Shown here: positions 9,105 to 19,437 of the stretch, in pieces | Numbering within the stretch: position 1 is the stretch's first letter | Layout: each line of letters begins with the position of its first letter | Assembly: GCA_965116215.1 (NCBI GenBank) | Contig: OZ220494.1 | Span: forward strand, 1,499,992-1,563,991 | Direction: 5' to 3' | Source: Bdellovibrionales bacterium | GTDB taxonomy: Bacteria; Bdellovibrionota; Bdellovibrionia; Bdellovibrionales; JAKFYE01 | Length of the DNA: 64,000 nucleotides | Notes under the pieces: generated by a model | Seen by the model: the letters and a program-made list of their open reading frames with translations, nothing else | Told to the model about the DNA's origin: nothing | The model's database searches: none | Program-made: the position numbers and the translations under genes

Positions 9105-9872
9105 TCAATCTCCTAGTCCCAAGACGGTTTCACTTATAAGACTTGTGAGCCAATCACAAACGACAATAGATATCATTGTAATCACTGCTGTTTTAACAAC
9201 AGCATCTCCCACTCCCCTTGCTCCACCTGTTGTTGAATATCCCTTAAATGTACAAACAGTTGCCAAGACTATGGAAAAGGTAAGGCATTTAAATAACCCC
9301 GAGAGAATAGAATAAAATGTAACAAAGGTAGGTATGTGTCTAAAGTATTCAGCGATGCTTATATTTGAAAATGTTATTCCTAAAATAACCCCCCCAGCAA
9401 TAGACATGATGAGTCCAACACCTAAGAGGAGAAAGCTAGAGACAATAATGCCAATGAATCGAGGTAAAATAATCTCTTCAATAGGATTAGCCCCCAAACA
9501 ACGAATGGCATCTATTTGGTCTGTGACTTTCATAACGCCCAACTCTGCTGCAGTAAATGCCCCCACTTTTCCACTTAACATTAAAGCCATCAATAATGGC
9601 CCGACTTCTCGAAATGTCACACTTGTGACCAATCCACCCAAGGAGCCCAAAGCTCCAAATTCTTTAACTTGTAGTGTGAATTGCACAGCCATAATAGCAC
9701 CAACAAAAAATCCAGCCCATGCTGTCGTCGGCCAGCTCATTTGAAAAACCCTATAAATTTGAAAAACAATGGCTCGATAAGAACAGGGTTTTCGAAAACC
9801 TGTGATTAGAATTCTGTGCAAGAAAATAAAAATCTCTCCTGTATTAAAAAAGAAATGGGAGAAGGGCTTCAT
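9105..9872 (-). CDS. MlaE/YrbE-family ABC permease (copy 1)
   Basis: Polytopic protein with MKVTDQIDAIRCLGANP. It is clearly a paralog of 8330..9103. Confidence 0.85.
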   Translation of the reverse strand: MKPFSHFFFNTGEIFIFLHRILITGFRKPCSYRAIVFQIYRVFQMSWPTTAWAGFFVGAIMAVQFTLQVKEFGALGSLGGLVTSVTFREVGPLLMALMLSGKVGAFTAAELGVMKVTDQIDAIRCLGANPIEEIILPRFIGIIVSSFLLLGVGLIMSIAGGVILGITFSNISIAEYFRHIPTFVTFYSILSGLFKCLTFSIVLATVCTFKGYSTTGGARGVGDAVVKTAVITMISIVVCDWLTSLISETVLGLGD

Positions 9873-10609
9873 GTTCGATCCTCTAAAACCTCACTTAGAA
9901 AGGCTTTGACTAAAGGATTTTTACTCTTTTTTATTTCCTCTGGAGTTCCTTGCTCTATAAAGTGGCCTTGGTCCAAGATCATAATTCTGTCAGCAATATC
10001 CAAAGCGCATCCCATATCATGACTGACAACTAGAGAAATTGTTTTTAATTTACGAGATAATTTTTGTATCAGAGAATTGATAGCGTTCATGCTAATGGGA
10101 TCAAGTCCTGTTGTCGGTTCATCAAATAATAAGATTTGAGGTTGAATAGCTAGGGTACGTGCCAAACTGACTCTTTTTTGCATTCCATAAGAGAGTTCTT
10201 CGGGAAATTTGGGCAGGATAGAATTTTCTAAATGAACAAGCTGAATACATTCATGAATACATTCTTTAATTTCAATCTCTTTAAATTGAAAGTGTTTACG
10301 CAATCCAAAAGCTATATTTTCGTAAATTGTAAAAGAGTCAAAAAGGGCTGGCTGTTGGAAGACCATTCCGCATTTTTTGCGTATAGAAAAGTATTCAGAC
10401 TCTTTTAATTCAGATACATTTTGATCATTGATCCATATTTCACCCGTATCAGGTCTTAATAATCCCACAATACTTTTTAATAAAACAGACTTTCCTGTTC
10501 CTGAAACACCTAATATAAATAGAATTTCATTCTGTTGAACTTGAAAAGTAATATTTTTTAAAACCGATGTTGCACCAAAAGACTTGCTCACATTTTTGAA
10601 AACAATCAC
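9869..10609 (-). CDS. ABC transporter ATP-binding protein, MlaF-like (copy 2)
   Basis: Walker A GVSGTGKS, signature LSYGMQKRVSLAR, Walker B ILLFDEPTTGLDP. The ORF track extends to 10636. I prefer the GTG at 10609, which overlaps the upstream TGA stop as GTGA and gives MIVFKNVSKSFG. Confidence 0.85.
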   Translation of the reverse strand: MIVFKNVSKSFGATSVLKNITFQVQQNEILFILGVSGTGKSVLLKSIVGLLRPDTGEIWINDQNVSELKESEYFSIRKKCGMVFQQPALFDSFTIYENIAFGLRKHFQFKEIEIKECIHECIQLVHLENSILPKFPEELSYGMQKRVSLARTLAIQPQILLFDEPTTGLDPISMNAINSLIQKLSRKLKTISLVVSHDMGCALDIADRIMILDQGHFIEQGTPEEIKKSKNPLVKAFLSEVLEDRT

Positions 10610-11355
10610 TTCAGCCCCGTTAATGGGCCAATACATTCGCCCCTAATAAATTGTTGCACTCGTGGATCGGTATGTGTTTTTGTCTCGTGTTCATTGCCTG
10701 TTATAATAAGTTCTCCATTACATAAGAAACCAATCTGGTCTCCCAATTGATAGGCCCTATGTATGGTGTTGGTGACGAAAATAATTGTGGTCTGGTGTTT
10801 TTCTCTAGAACTCATGATGAGTTGGATGATTTTGCGACTAGTTATAGGGTCTAAGCCGGCTGTGGGATTATCATAAAAAATAACTTCTGGATTTAAGACT
10901 AAGGTTCTAGCAATGCTTAAACGCTTTTGCATCCCACCACTGATTTCATTGGGAAAAAGATCTTTGGCGTGCCAAAGATCAAAAGTCTTTAAAAAATATT
11001 TTATTTTTTGTTGAACTTCACTGTGATTAAAACTTCCTGATTCTATGAGTGGAAAACCAATATTTTCTGCAAGAGTTAAAGAATCAAACAATGCACCCCT
11101 TTGAAACAACATTCCCATGCGGCGCAATAAATGCTGACGTTCATTGCCACGTAATGTCACCAAATTTTTTCCATCAATTTCTACATGACCTGATGTTGGA
11201 GGAAGAATACCGGCGAGTATTTTTAAAAGGACAGATTTACCTCCTCCGCTGGGGCCGATTAAGGCCAATGAATTCCCTTTGTGCACCTCAAAGTGCACAT
11301 TCTTTAACACATCCTCTGAGTTCCATTTTTTGTTTATGTTAATAGCTCGAATCAC
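10606..11355 (-). CDS. ABC transporter ATP-binding protein, MlaF-like (copy 1)
   Basis: Walker A GPSGGGKS, signature ISGGMQKRLSIAR, Walker B VIFYDNPTAGLDP. Confidence 0.85.
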   Translation of the reverse strand: MIRAININKKWNSEDVLKNVHFEVHKGNSLALIGPSGGGKSVLLKILAGILPPTSGHVEIDGKNLVTLRGNERQHLLRRMGMLFQRGALFDSLTLAENIGFPLIESGSFNHSEVQQKIKYFLKTFDLWHAKDLFPNEISGGMQKRLSIARTLVLNPEVIFYDNPTAGLDPITSRKIIQLIMSSREKHQTTIIFVTNTIHRAYQLGDQIGFLCNGELIITGNEHETKTHTDPRVQQFIRGECIGPLTGLK

Positions 11356-11481
11356 AAATTTCCTTAGTTCACTTTTTCTCTTTTCAAATTGTACTTGAAA
11401 AGATCTATCTTAATATAGACTACAAAATAGAGTGACCTTAAGAAACTCTAAAGTTAATCTCTCACAACAAAGGATTGAACT

Positions 11482-12732
11482 GTGTCGCAATTTGATAAAA
11501 TTCAGATTCCCGCAAATGGTGATAAAATTCAATTAGAAGAAGCGGGACAGCTACAGGTCCCTTTTCATCCTATTGTGAATTTTATAGAGGGAGATGGTAC
11601 TGGTCCTGACATTTGGGCCGCAACATCTAAAGTTTTGGATTCCGCAGTGGAAAAGGCTTTTTCTGGAAAGAGAAAGATTCATTGGTGTGAAATATATGCG
11701 GGGGAAAAAGCCGGGTCTATTTATCATGGGGAGAGTCTCCCCGAAGAGACACTATCTGCTATGAGGGAACATATTGTTTCTATTAAAGGTCCGCTGGCTA
11801 CTCCTGTAGGAAGAGGTATTCGTTCTTTAAATGTAGCTATTCGTAAGGAGCTGGATCTTTATGCTTGTGTGCGGCCCTGTAAGTGGTATCAAGGTGTGCC
11901 TTCTCCGGTAAAACATCCTGAAGATGTAAATATGGTTATTTTTAGAGAAAATATTGAAGACGTTTATACGGGTGTGGAGTGGCCGGCAGGAAGTGCTGAA
12001 TCCAATGCATTTATTGAACTCGCTGAAAAATATGGAAAGTCTATCCGCAAGGGTTCAGCTATTGGTATAAAACCTATCAGTCGATGGGGATCACAGCGGC
12101 TGATTCGCAAGGCTATCCATTATGCTTTAGATAATAATTTGCCCAGTGTGACCCTTGTGCACAAAGGGAATATTATGAAGTTCACAGAAGGGGCATTTAA
12201 AGATTATGGTTATGAATTAGCAAAAAATGAATTTGAAAGTCGTGTGATTTCAGAGCAGGAGGTCTGGAAAAACTTTGAAGGTCAGTGTCCCAAAGGTCAA
12301 ATTGTTATAAAAGATCGGATTGCCGATAATATGTTTCAGCAAGTCCTTTTGAGACCCTCTGAATATTCTGTTATAGCACTGCCCAATCTCAACGGGGATT
12401 ATATGAGTGATGCCCTGGCCGCTCAAGTCGGTGGTTTGGGAATAGCTCCCGGGGCCAATATTGGAGATGGTTATGCTGTTTTTGAAGCCACTCATGGCAC
12501 AGCTCCCAAATACGCTGGACAAGATAAAATCAATCCGGGCTCTCTTATTTTGTCTGGTGCAATGATGTTAGAGTATTTGGGTTGGAAAGAGGCGGCTCAG
12601 CTGGTTGAAAAAGGATTACAAAATGCTATACGAAACAAGAAAGTAACGTATGACTTTCATAGGAGTATGGAGGGAGCAACTCTTTTAAAATGTTCTGAAT
12701 TTGGAGATGAAATTATTGATTCCATGGGATGA
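11482..12732 (+). CDS. icd: Isocitrate dehydrogenase (NADP-type, homodimeric class)
   Basis: GTG start. 416 aa with [18 protein letters not shown] and [25 protein letters not shown] (isocitrate/isopropylmalate dehydrogenase signature). Confidence 0.92.
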   Translation: MSQFDKIQIPANGDKIQLEEAGQLQVPFHPIVNFIEGDGTGPDIWAATSKVLDSAVEKAFSGKRKIHWCEIYAGEKAGSIYHGESLPEETLSAMREHIVSIKGPLATPVGRGIRSLNVAIRKELDLYACVRPCKWYQGVPSPVKHPEDVNMVIFRENIEDVYTGVEWPAGSAESNAFIELAEKYGKSIRKGSAIGIKPISRWGSQRLIRKAIHYALDNNLPSVTLVHKGNIMKFTEGAFKDYGYELAKNEFESRVISEQEVWKNFEGQCPKGQIVIKDRIADNMFQQVLLRPSEYSVIALPNLNGDYMSDALAAQVGGLGIAPGANIGDGYAVFEATHGTAPKYAGQDKINPGSLILSGAMMLEYLGWKEAAQLVEKGLQNAIRNKKVTYDFHRSMEGATLLKCSEFGDEIIDSMG

Positions 12733-12744
12733 GGGTAAGATAAA

Positions 12745-13704
12745 ATGGACCAGAAAATCAAAAACGAAAAATCGCGAAGAGCGAAGATCTCTATTATTGG
12801 TGCTGGATTTGTTGGATCGACATGTGCACATTGGGCAGCGTCTAGAGAGTTGGGAGATGTGGTCCTTCTAGATATCAATGAGGGGGCAGCAAAGGGGAAG
12901 GCCCTAGATCTTTTTGAATCTAGCCCGGTGGTCTCTTTTGATTCGAAAGTTGTGGGGTCTTCTGATTATAAAGACACAACTGATTCTGATGTAGTTATTG
13001 TGACGGCTGGAATACCACGAAAGCCTGGAATGAGCCGAGAGGATTTATTAACAACAAATTCTAAAATTATGAAAGAGGTCTGTCATGGGATTGGGAAATA
13101 CACTCCGAATAGTGTGGTGATTATTGTGAGCAATCCTCTTGATGCAATGGCCTTTGTGGCCAAAGAGATTCTTGATTTTCCAAGGCATCGTGTGATTGGA
13201 ATGGCAGGGATTTTAGATAGTGCGCGTTTTCGATCTTTTATTGCTGAAGAGCTGAATGTTAGTGTCAAAGATGTACAGGCTTTTGTTTTAGGGGGACATG
13301 GAGACACTATGGTGCCAATGCCTAGGCATTGTTCCATTGGTGGTGTGCCACTGACAGAAATGCTTTCGAAAGATAAAATTGAAGCCCTTGTGACCAGAAC
13401 ACGTAAGGGGGGAGCAGAAATTGTAGGACTGTTAAAGACAGGCTCTGCTTATTATGCCCCCTCGGCGAGTGCTGTTGAAATGGCTGAAGCTGTTATAAAG
13501 GATCAACATCGTATTCTTCCCTGTGCCGCATTCTTAGAGGGGGAATATGGAGTGCATGGGCTATTTATTGGTGTTCTCTGTCGACTGGGTGGTCAAGGTC
13601 TTGAAGAGGTTATTCAAGTCCAATTGAATGAAGAAGAGAGAGCCCACTTAGATCATTCTATAAATGCTGTCCGAAGTTTGATAGATGTATTGAAGAGTCT
13701 TTAG
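12745..13704 (+). CDS. mdh: Malate dehydrogenase (LDH-like MDH)
   Basis: Rossmann motif IIGAGFVGST, then VIVTAGIPRKPGMSREDLL and catalytic GGHGDTMVP. Confidence 0.9.
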   Translation: MDQKIKNEKSRRAKISIIGAGFVGSTCAHWAASRELGDVVLLDINEGAAKGKALDLFESSPVVSFDSKVVGSSDYKDTTDSDVVIVTAGIPRKPGMSREDLLTTNSKIMKEVCHGIGKYTPNSVVIIVSNPLDAMAFVAKEILDFPRHRVIGMAGILDSARFRSFIAEELNVSVKDVQAFVLGGHGDTMVPMPRHCSIGGVPLTEMLSKDKIEALVTRTRKGGAEIVGLLKTGSAYYAPSASAVEMAEAVIKDQHRILPCAAFLEGEYGVHGLFIGVLCRLGGQGLEEVIQVQLNEEERAHLDHSINAVRSLIDVLKSL

Positions 13705-13723
13705 TGACAGGGAAAAAATAGAT

Positions 13724-14890
13724 ATGAATATCCATGAATATCAAGCGAAAGTTATTTTACGTCAATTTGGTGTGAAAACGCCTTCTGGAAAAATCGCTCA
13801 TTCTCCTGAAGAAGCTGTCTCTGTTGCAAAAAGTATTGGTGGCTCGCTTTGGGTTGTTAAAGCACAAATTCATGCCGGAGGGAGAGGAAAAGGTGGGGGA
13901 ATTCGGCTAGCGCATTCTATACAAGAGGTTGAAGATTTGACGAAGAAGTTTATTGGAATGAATCTTGTCACTCATCAAACAGGACCTTCGGGAAAGACAG
14001 TTCAAAAAGTTCTTGTTGAGGAGGGGTGTGATATTGCTAAGGAATACTATTTAGCTGTACTTGTTGATCGAACAACCGGTGGAATTACTTTTATGGTCAG
14101 TACCGAGGGTGGCGTGGATATTGAAGATGTGGCTCGCAAAACACCTGAAAAAGTTTATCGTGTTTCCATAGACCCTGCGTTGGGGATACAGTCTTTTCAA
14201 ATACGACAATTGGGTTTTGCTTTGCAACTCAGATCGGATCGCTTGAAAAAATTTTCGAAACTTATGTTTGGTCTATACGGTGCTTTTATTGAATCAGATT
14301 GTTCTCTGGTTGAAATTAATCCTCTGGTAGAAACTAAAGAGGGTGAGATTTTAGCACTTGATGCAAAAATAACCTTTGATTCAAATGCTTTGTATAGAAG
14401 GCCCCACATTGCTGAAATGAGAGACCTTTCAGAGGAGCAAGAGACTGAGATAGAGGCGAGTCGATATGGTTTATCTTTTATTAAATTAGATGGAGAAATT
14501 GGATGTTTAGTTAATGGAGCGGGTTTGGCTATGGCTACAATGGATATTATTAAGCTCTATGGAAGAGACCCTGCCAACTTTTTAGATGTTGGTGGGGATG
14601 CCAATGAGGAGCGAGTGACTGCTGCTTTTAAAATTATCCTTAAGGATAAAAATGTTAGAGGTATCTTGGTCAATATATTTGGTGGAATTATGAAATGTGA
14701 TGTGATTGCTGCTGGAATTATTGCAGCCTCAAAAGATATTGAAGTTAAAGTTCCTCTTGTTGTGAGATTAATCGGTACCAATGTTGAGAGGGGAAGACGT
14801 TTGTTGTCTGAAAGTGGATTAAATATTATATCCGCTGAAGACTTATCCAGTGCTGCTGCACAAGTTGTGCAAGCTATAGAGAGAGTTTGA
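13724..14890 (+). CDS. sucC: Succinyl-CoA synthetase beta subunit
   Basis: MNIHEYQAK start, ATP-grasp region and [15 protein letters not shown]. It is immediately followed by sucD. Confidence 0.95.
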   Translation: MNIHEYQAKVILRQFGVKTPSGKIAHSPEEAVSVAKSIGGSLWVVKAQIHAGGRGKGGGIRLAHSIQEVEDLTKKFIGMNLVTHQTGPSGKTVQKVLVEEGCDIAKEYYLAVLVDRTTGGITFMVSTEGGVDIEDVARKTPEKVYRVSIDPALGIQSFQIRQLGFALQLRSDRLKKFSKLMFGLYGAFIESDCSLVEINPLVETKEGEILALDAKITFDSNALYRRPHIAEMRDLSEEQETEIEASRYGLSFIKLDGEIGCLVNGAGLAMATMDIIKLYGRDPANFLDVGGDANEERVTAAFKIILKDKNVRGILVNIFGGIMKCDVIAAGIIAASKDIEVKVPLVVRLIGTNVERGRRLLSESGLNIISAEDLSSAAAQVVQAIERV

Positions 14891-14891
14891 A

Positions 14892-15761
14892 ATGTCTATA
14901 TTGGTTGATAAAAATACAAAAGTTATTTGTCAGGGTTTTACAGGTTCACAGGGCACTTTTCATTCTGAGCAGGCTATATCCTATGGAACTCAAATGGTAG
15001 GTGGAGTGACACCGGGAAAGGGGGGGCAAAAACATTTAAATTTGCCAGTTTTTGATACTGTTTGTGAAGCTGTGAATAAAACAGGTGCTACAGCTTCAGT
15101 TATTTATGTCCCTCCACCCTTTGCAGCAGATGCTATTATGGAGGCTGTTGATGCCAACATAGAGGTGATTGTCTGTATTACAGAAGGTATTCCTATTTTA
15201 GATATGGTGAAGACTAAATGTTATATGAAGGGGAAGAGTTCAAGGCTCATTGGCCCTAATTGCCCAGGAATTATCACCCCTGGGGAGTGTAAGATTGGCA
15301 TTATGCCAGGATATATTCATAGACCTGGTTGTGTTGGGGTTTTATCGCGATCAGGAACTTTGACATACGAAGCTGTTTATCAATTAACTCAAGGAGGTGT
15401 GGGTCAAAGTACCTGTATTGGAATTGGTGGAGATCCTGTCAATGGAACACACTTTATCGATGCTTTGGAACTTTTTAACTCTGATCCTGAAACACGAGCT
15501 GTGATGGTTATTGGTGAAATTGGAGGAACAGCAGAGGAAGAAGCCGCTGAGTATATTCAGCGTGAATTTAAAAAGCCGGTGACAGCATTTATTGCTGGAG
15601 GGACAGCCCCCGAGGGGAAACGCATGGGACATGCCGGAGCCATTATTAGTGGAGGAAAGGGCACTGCTGAAGATAAATTTGAAGCTCTTGCATCTGCTGG
15701 ATGTCATATTGTCCGCAACCCTTCAGATATGGGAAAAACACTTATTGAGAACATGAAATAG
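14892..15761 (+). CDS. sucD: Succinyl-CoA synthetase alpha subunit
   Basis: [23 protein letters not shown] and the phosphohistidine loop GHAGAII. Confidence 0.95.
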   Translation: MSILVDKNTKVICQGFTGSQGTFHSEQAISYGTQMVGGVTPGKGGQKHLNLPVFDTVCEAVNKTGATASVIYVPPPFAADAIMEAVDANIEVIVCITEGIPILDMVKTKCYMKGKSSRLIGPNCPGIITPGECKIGIMPGYIHRPGCVGVLSRSGTLTYEAVYQLTQGGVGQSTCIGIGGDPVNGTHFIDALELFNSDPETRAVMVIGEIGGTAEEEAAEYIQREFKKPVTAFIAGGTAPEGKRMGHAGAIISGGKGTAEDKFEALASAGCHIVRNPSDMGKTLIENMK

Positions 15762-15774
15762 AGGAGAATGAAGT

Positions 15775-16200
15775 ATGGGCATAGAGCGCACCTTGAGTAT
15801 TATAAAACCCAATGCCATGAAAAAAAATAAAATTGGGACTATTATTGATCGTTTTGAAGAAAGCGGATTAAAAATTGTTGCAGCAAAGTTAAAACATTTA
15901 ACAAAAGAAGAGTGTGAAACTTTTTATGAAGAACATAGGGAAAAACCCTTTTTTGATGAACTTGTTCTCTTTATGGTATCAGGGCCTGTCTTTTTAATGG
16001 TACTATCTGGCGAAAATGCGATTGATCGCAATAGAGAAATTATGGGAGCTACAGACCCTGCTCAGGCAGCAGAGGGGACACTGCGAAAGCTCTTTGGGGA
16101 CAGTATGGGGGAAAATGCAGTTCATGGTAGTGATAGCATAAACAGTGCTGAACGAGAGGTTTCGTTCTTCTTTGACAAGTCAGAGATTCTCAGTAGGTAA
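15775..16200 (+). CDS. ndk: Nucleoside-diphosphate kinase
   Basis: [11 protein letters not shown] and the active-site NAVHGSDS. Confidence 0.95.
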   Translation: MGIERTLSIIKPNAMKKNKIGTIIDRFEESGLKIVAAKLKHLTKEECETFYEEHREKPFFDELVLFMVSGPVFLMVLSGENAIDRNREIMGATDPAQAAEGTLRKLFGDSMGENAVHGSDSINSAEREVSFFFDKSEILSR

Positions 16201-16268
16201 GAGTTAACATGTTGCAATATCACTCGGAAAATACTGTGACTCTCTCTTGTTTCACTGAGTAAAAATAA

Positions 16269-17033
16269 GTGATGTTGAAAAACCTATATGTTTTTTTCAT
16301 GGTGTTGTCTTTCACAGGGTGTTCTTCTTCAAAAAAAAACACTAAGGAAATCGCTCGGTTTCATTTAGATATAGGAATGGCCCACCTAAATAATGGAAAG
16401 TACCCCGAGGGGCTTGCAGAATTGCTGAAGGCCAAGCGTCTAGACCCGGATAATCCTATCATTTTAAACCATCTTTCTTTAGGTTATTTTGTTCGTGAAA
16501 GATATTTTGAAGCAGAAAAGTGGTTATTGCGTTCTATTCAACTAAAACCTAATTATATGGAAGCACATAATAATTTAGGTAGAGTTTATATTGAAATGGG
16601 AAAGTACGATAAGGCCATTGAGCAACTCAAAATAGTTTTATCAGATTTAACATATTCTACACCTGAAAAGGCTCAGTTTAATTTAGCTACGGCTTATTTT
16701 AGAAAAGGTGAATATATTAAATCTCGTGATTTAGTTCAGTTAGTTTGGAAGACAAATGAGTTCCATTGTTCTTCCTTTGTTTTATATGCCAGAAGTCTTT
16801 ATGAATTAAAGGATTATGAAGAAGCGCAGAAGGCCTTTGAGAAGTCTTTGTTAAAGTGTAAAAAGGGAGGAGAGGGGAGGATGCCAGAAATTCGTTATTA
16901 TAATGCTTTGGCACTTTATAAACGAGGTCAGAAAGGAGAGTCTTTAAAAAAAATGCAAAATATTATCAAACTCCATCCTAAGTCTCCATATGCGAAGAGG
17001 GCATCGATTATATTGAGGGCTGTTGCTAAGTGA
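16269..17033 (+). CDS. TPR lipoprotein (PilW/PilF-like)
   Basis: Lipobox LSFTGC after a signal peptide, followed by several TPR units. The position between ndk and a RodZ-like gene mirrors the ndk...pilW-rodZ neighbourhood of other proteobacteria. Confidence 0.55.
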   Translation: MMLKNLYVFFMVLSFTGCSSSKKNTKEIARFHLDIGMAHLNNGKYPEGLAELLKAKRLDPDNPIILNHLSLGYFVRERYFEAEKWLLRSIQLKPNYMEAHNNLGRVYIEMGKYDKAIEQLKIVLSDLTYSTPEKAQFNLATAYFRKGEYIKSRDLVQLVWKTNEFHCSSFVLYARSLYELKDYEEAQKAFEKSLLKCKKGGEGRMPEIRYYNALALYKRGQKGESLKKMQNIIKLHPKSPYAKRASIILRAVAK

Positions 17034-17827
17034 AAGAAACGGGAAATTTATTAAAATCTGCAAGAGAAGAGAAAAATATTTCTCTCAAAGAAGTCGCCTT
17101 GGCAACTAAAATACATATAAACACCTTAAGGGCCATTGAAGGTGGAGATATGGATCACCTTCCTCATGTTGTATTTCTTAGAGGTTTTATTCAAGCCTAT
17201 GCATTGTTTCTTAAAATAGATCCTCAACCTATTTTAGATGTTTTTAAAGAGGAGATGGTTGAGCATCAAGAGGTGGAATCTCTTTCTCCAGTAAAGAGTG
17301 AGGATGAGGGTTCTCATAGAGCTGTTTCTGCAGCTAATAAGTCTTCCAACACTGTTCGTAATATTATGATAGGTATTGGTGCATTTATTTTGATTGTTTT
17401 TATAGGTTACTTGCAAAAGATAGTGAAGAAGTATGAGCAAGAGGCGAGTGTTCCTTTTAAAGGGGAAGTTATTGTCGGTGAGGATAGGGCCTTATCTCAG
17501 ACCACCGATTTATCGTCAACGACAATGATGAAAGCATTGACAACAACAAGTCGAGCTACAAAGCAGACGTCTTCAACCACTTTTACAAGAGTGGGGAGCC
17601 AAGAACTCATAGTGGAAGCCTTAGGTGCTGTCACTTTAAAGTATAAAATTGATGGGGAATCTTTTAAAAAAATTCAACTGCAACCAGAACAAACCCATAT
17701 TTTCAAAGCGGAACAAAGTCTTGAATTTGAATTTAGTGATGGCGGGAGGGTGAGTGTGATTCATAATGGTAGAGATATTGGTGTTCCTGGTATGTTGGGT
17801 GAGTCCTTAAAAATAAAATATCCCTAA
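17030..17827 (+). CDS. rodZ: RodZ-like cytoskeleton protein (HTH, TM, C-terminal beta domain)
   Basis: N-terminal XRE-type HTH (LKSAREEKNISLKEVALATKIHINTLRAIEGG ... FLRGFIQAYALFL), a single TM (IMIGIGAFILIVFIGYL), an S/T-rich linker and a C-terminal DUF4115-like block. Confidence 0.65.
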   Translation: MKETGNLLKSAREEKNISLKEVALATKIHINTLRAIEGGDMDHLPHVVFLRGFIQAYALFLKIDPQPILDVFKEEMVEHQEVESLSPVKSEDEGSHRAVSAANKSSNTVRNIMIGIGAFILIVFIGYLQKIVKKYEQEASVPFKGEVIVGEDRALSQTTDLSSTTMMKALTTTSRATKQTSSTTFTRVGSQELIVEALGAVTLKYKIDGESFKKIQLQPEQTHIFKAEQSLEFEFSDGGRVSVIHNGRDIGVPGMLGESLKIKYP

Positions 17828-17910
17828 TTTTATAAAACCTATAGTTCAATAACCACTCAGAATAGAATAAGCTCGTTTTTGTCTGGAGTTTGCCTTGTAA
17901 GATGTTTAGT

Positions 17911-18100
17911 AGGAAGAGTTTTTCTTAAGGCTCCCAAAAGCTCAAACAGCTCTTAAGGTCCGCAGCTCGTCTCCGCCGAAGGCTAAAGACCTTTGCTGGA
18001 TAATGCTCGATGCCGTCAAGCATAGAATAAACAATCTCTCTGCGGATACGCCCTGCGCCCCAGAAAACTCGTTTTGAAATCCTTAAGAAAAACTCTTCCT
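17911..18100. ncRNA. Candidate structured RNA (6S-like?) or inverted-repeat-bounded element
   Basis: Perfect 20-bp inverted repeat aggaagagtttttcttaagg (17911..17930) / ccttaagaaaaactcttcct (18081..18100) encloses 150 nt that are visibly more GC-rich than the flanks. Inner helices are tccgcag/ctgcgga and atgct/agcat. No credible ORF. Strand not determined. Confidence 0.3.
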
Positions 18101-18178
18101 CCCCTTTGTTATCTCAGTGGCACAAATCATTAAAAGGTCAAACAACTCCAAAGGCTACAGGTGGCTTGCAGAGTTATA

Positions 18179-18475
18179 TTAAAGTGTTTTATGGGGTATT
18201 TCTAATTCCAACCCTTCTACACATTTGTTCTGACAGGCAAGGCGTTCATAAGGTTTATACCCTAATATTTGTGCTTTTTCATTTTCTATTCTGTTTCTCT
18301 GGCCAAGTTGTTTCAGACCAGATCTAACAAACACACGGCATGTCCCACAGGTCCCCATGCCCTCACATTCATGATTTAATTTCACATTGTTTTTAATAGC
18401 AGCCTCCAAGATGGTGTCCCCGTCTGTGTAGGGGATAGGATCCGGCTGCGATAAAAAAAATACAGTTTTTGACAT
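18179..18475 (-). CDS. [2Fe-2S] ferredoxin
   Basis: 98 aa with the cluster motif CEGMGTCGTCRV plus a distal Cys (ERLACQNKC). Confidence 0.8.
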   Translation of the reverse strand: MSKTVFFLSQPDPIPYTDGDTILEAAIKNNVKLNHECEGMGTCGTCRVFVRSGLKQLGQRNRIENEKAQILGYKPYERLACQNKCVEGLELEIPHKTL

Positions 18476-18570
18476 GTCTTTATTTTATCTTAAGATTTGA
18501 AATAATTTAAGAGGTTTACTGTTATGCAAAGGGGCTTGAGTTCAACGTAGAGTTCAGATAGAGCATAGGT

Positions 18571-19185
18571 ATGCGTTTTGTCAGTTTTGATTTAGAGACA
18601 ACAGGATTTTTACCCGGTGTAGATCAAATCGTTGAAGTGGGAGCCATACGGTATGTGGATGGTTTTCCAGAAGCCTCTTTTGTCTCTTTAGTCAATCCCT
18701 TAAGGCCAATGAACTCTGAGTCCTCAAAAGTGAATGGTATCACAGATGACATGCTTAAAGATAAGCCGACTATTGATGATCTTTTAGAGCCACTGACTGT
18801 TTTTTTTGGTGACGATATAGCTGTGGCTCATAATGCTCCCTTTGATTTTCAATTTTTAGTTGCAGATTATAAAAAGCATCAGGTTCCAGCTCCTAGGGGA
18901 TTGGTTTTAGATACATGTGCCATTTCGAGAAAAGTTTTTCCCGGTCTGATGAATTATAAGTTAGCCACTCTAGCTCAGCATTTAAAAATTAAGTCAACAC
19001 AGTTTCATAGAGCCGAGGAAGATGCGTACTGTTGTGGTCAGCTCTTCCTGCACATTTTAAATAAAGTCTCTCAAGGTGATAGAGATAAAGATAGAGATGC
19101 CCTTATGGCTTTGTCTAATAATTTAGCACTTGAGTATCCTATGATTCACAAGCAGCCCAAACAATTAAATCTGCCTGATTTTTAG
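18571..19185 (+). CDS. DEDDh 3'-5' exonuclease (DnaQ/epsilon-like domain protein)
   Basis: ExoI FDLETTG, ExoII AHNAPFDFQFL, ExoIII HRAEEDAY. Confidence 0.8.
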   Translation: MRFVSFDLETTGFLPGVDQIVEVGAIRYVDGFPEASFVSLVNPLRPMNSESSKVNGITDDMLKDKPTIDDLLEPLTVFFGDDIAVAHNAPFDFQFLVADYKKHQVPAPRGLVLDTCAISRKVFPGLMNYKLATLAQHLKIKSTQFHRAEEDAYCCGQLFLHILNKVSQGDRDKDRDALMALSNNLALEYPMIHKQPKQLNLPDF

Positions 19186-19437
19186 TGCCTCATTTCTTGA
19201 GAAGAACTATTTGTACATTCCTAATGATATGTATCATTAACAATTATTTTATTGTTATACTTATGCCTTATGATGCTCTAAGAAAATACAAAATTTTCTT
19301 GTTATTTTAATATCTTGGGAATCTTCTCCTTTTTGAGACCGACCTTGTCATGCACATTTTTTATCTGTGACTTAAAAACGACGCTGATGTCATACTGACT
19401 GGCATAGGGGATTTATTTTTTTCATCATGGGGGGGGG

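Noticed and set aside
17911-18100. Interpretation of the inverted-repeat-bounded element as a MITE or IS remnant
   Set aside because: No target-site duplication is visible (flanks ...gtttagt and cccctttg...), there is no transposase fragment and there is no second copy in the window. This is not fully excluded and needs a genome-wide copy count, so it is reported as a candidate RNA with low confidence.
18106-18327. 73-aa plus-strand ORF next to the inverted-repeat element
   Set aside because: It is antisense to the well-supported [2Fe-2S] ferredoxin gene.
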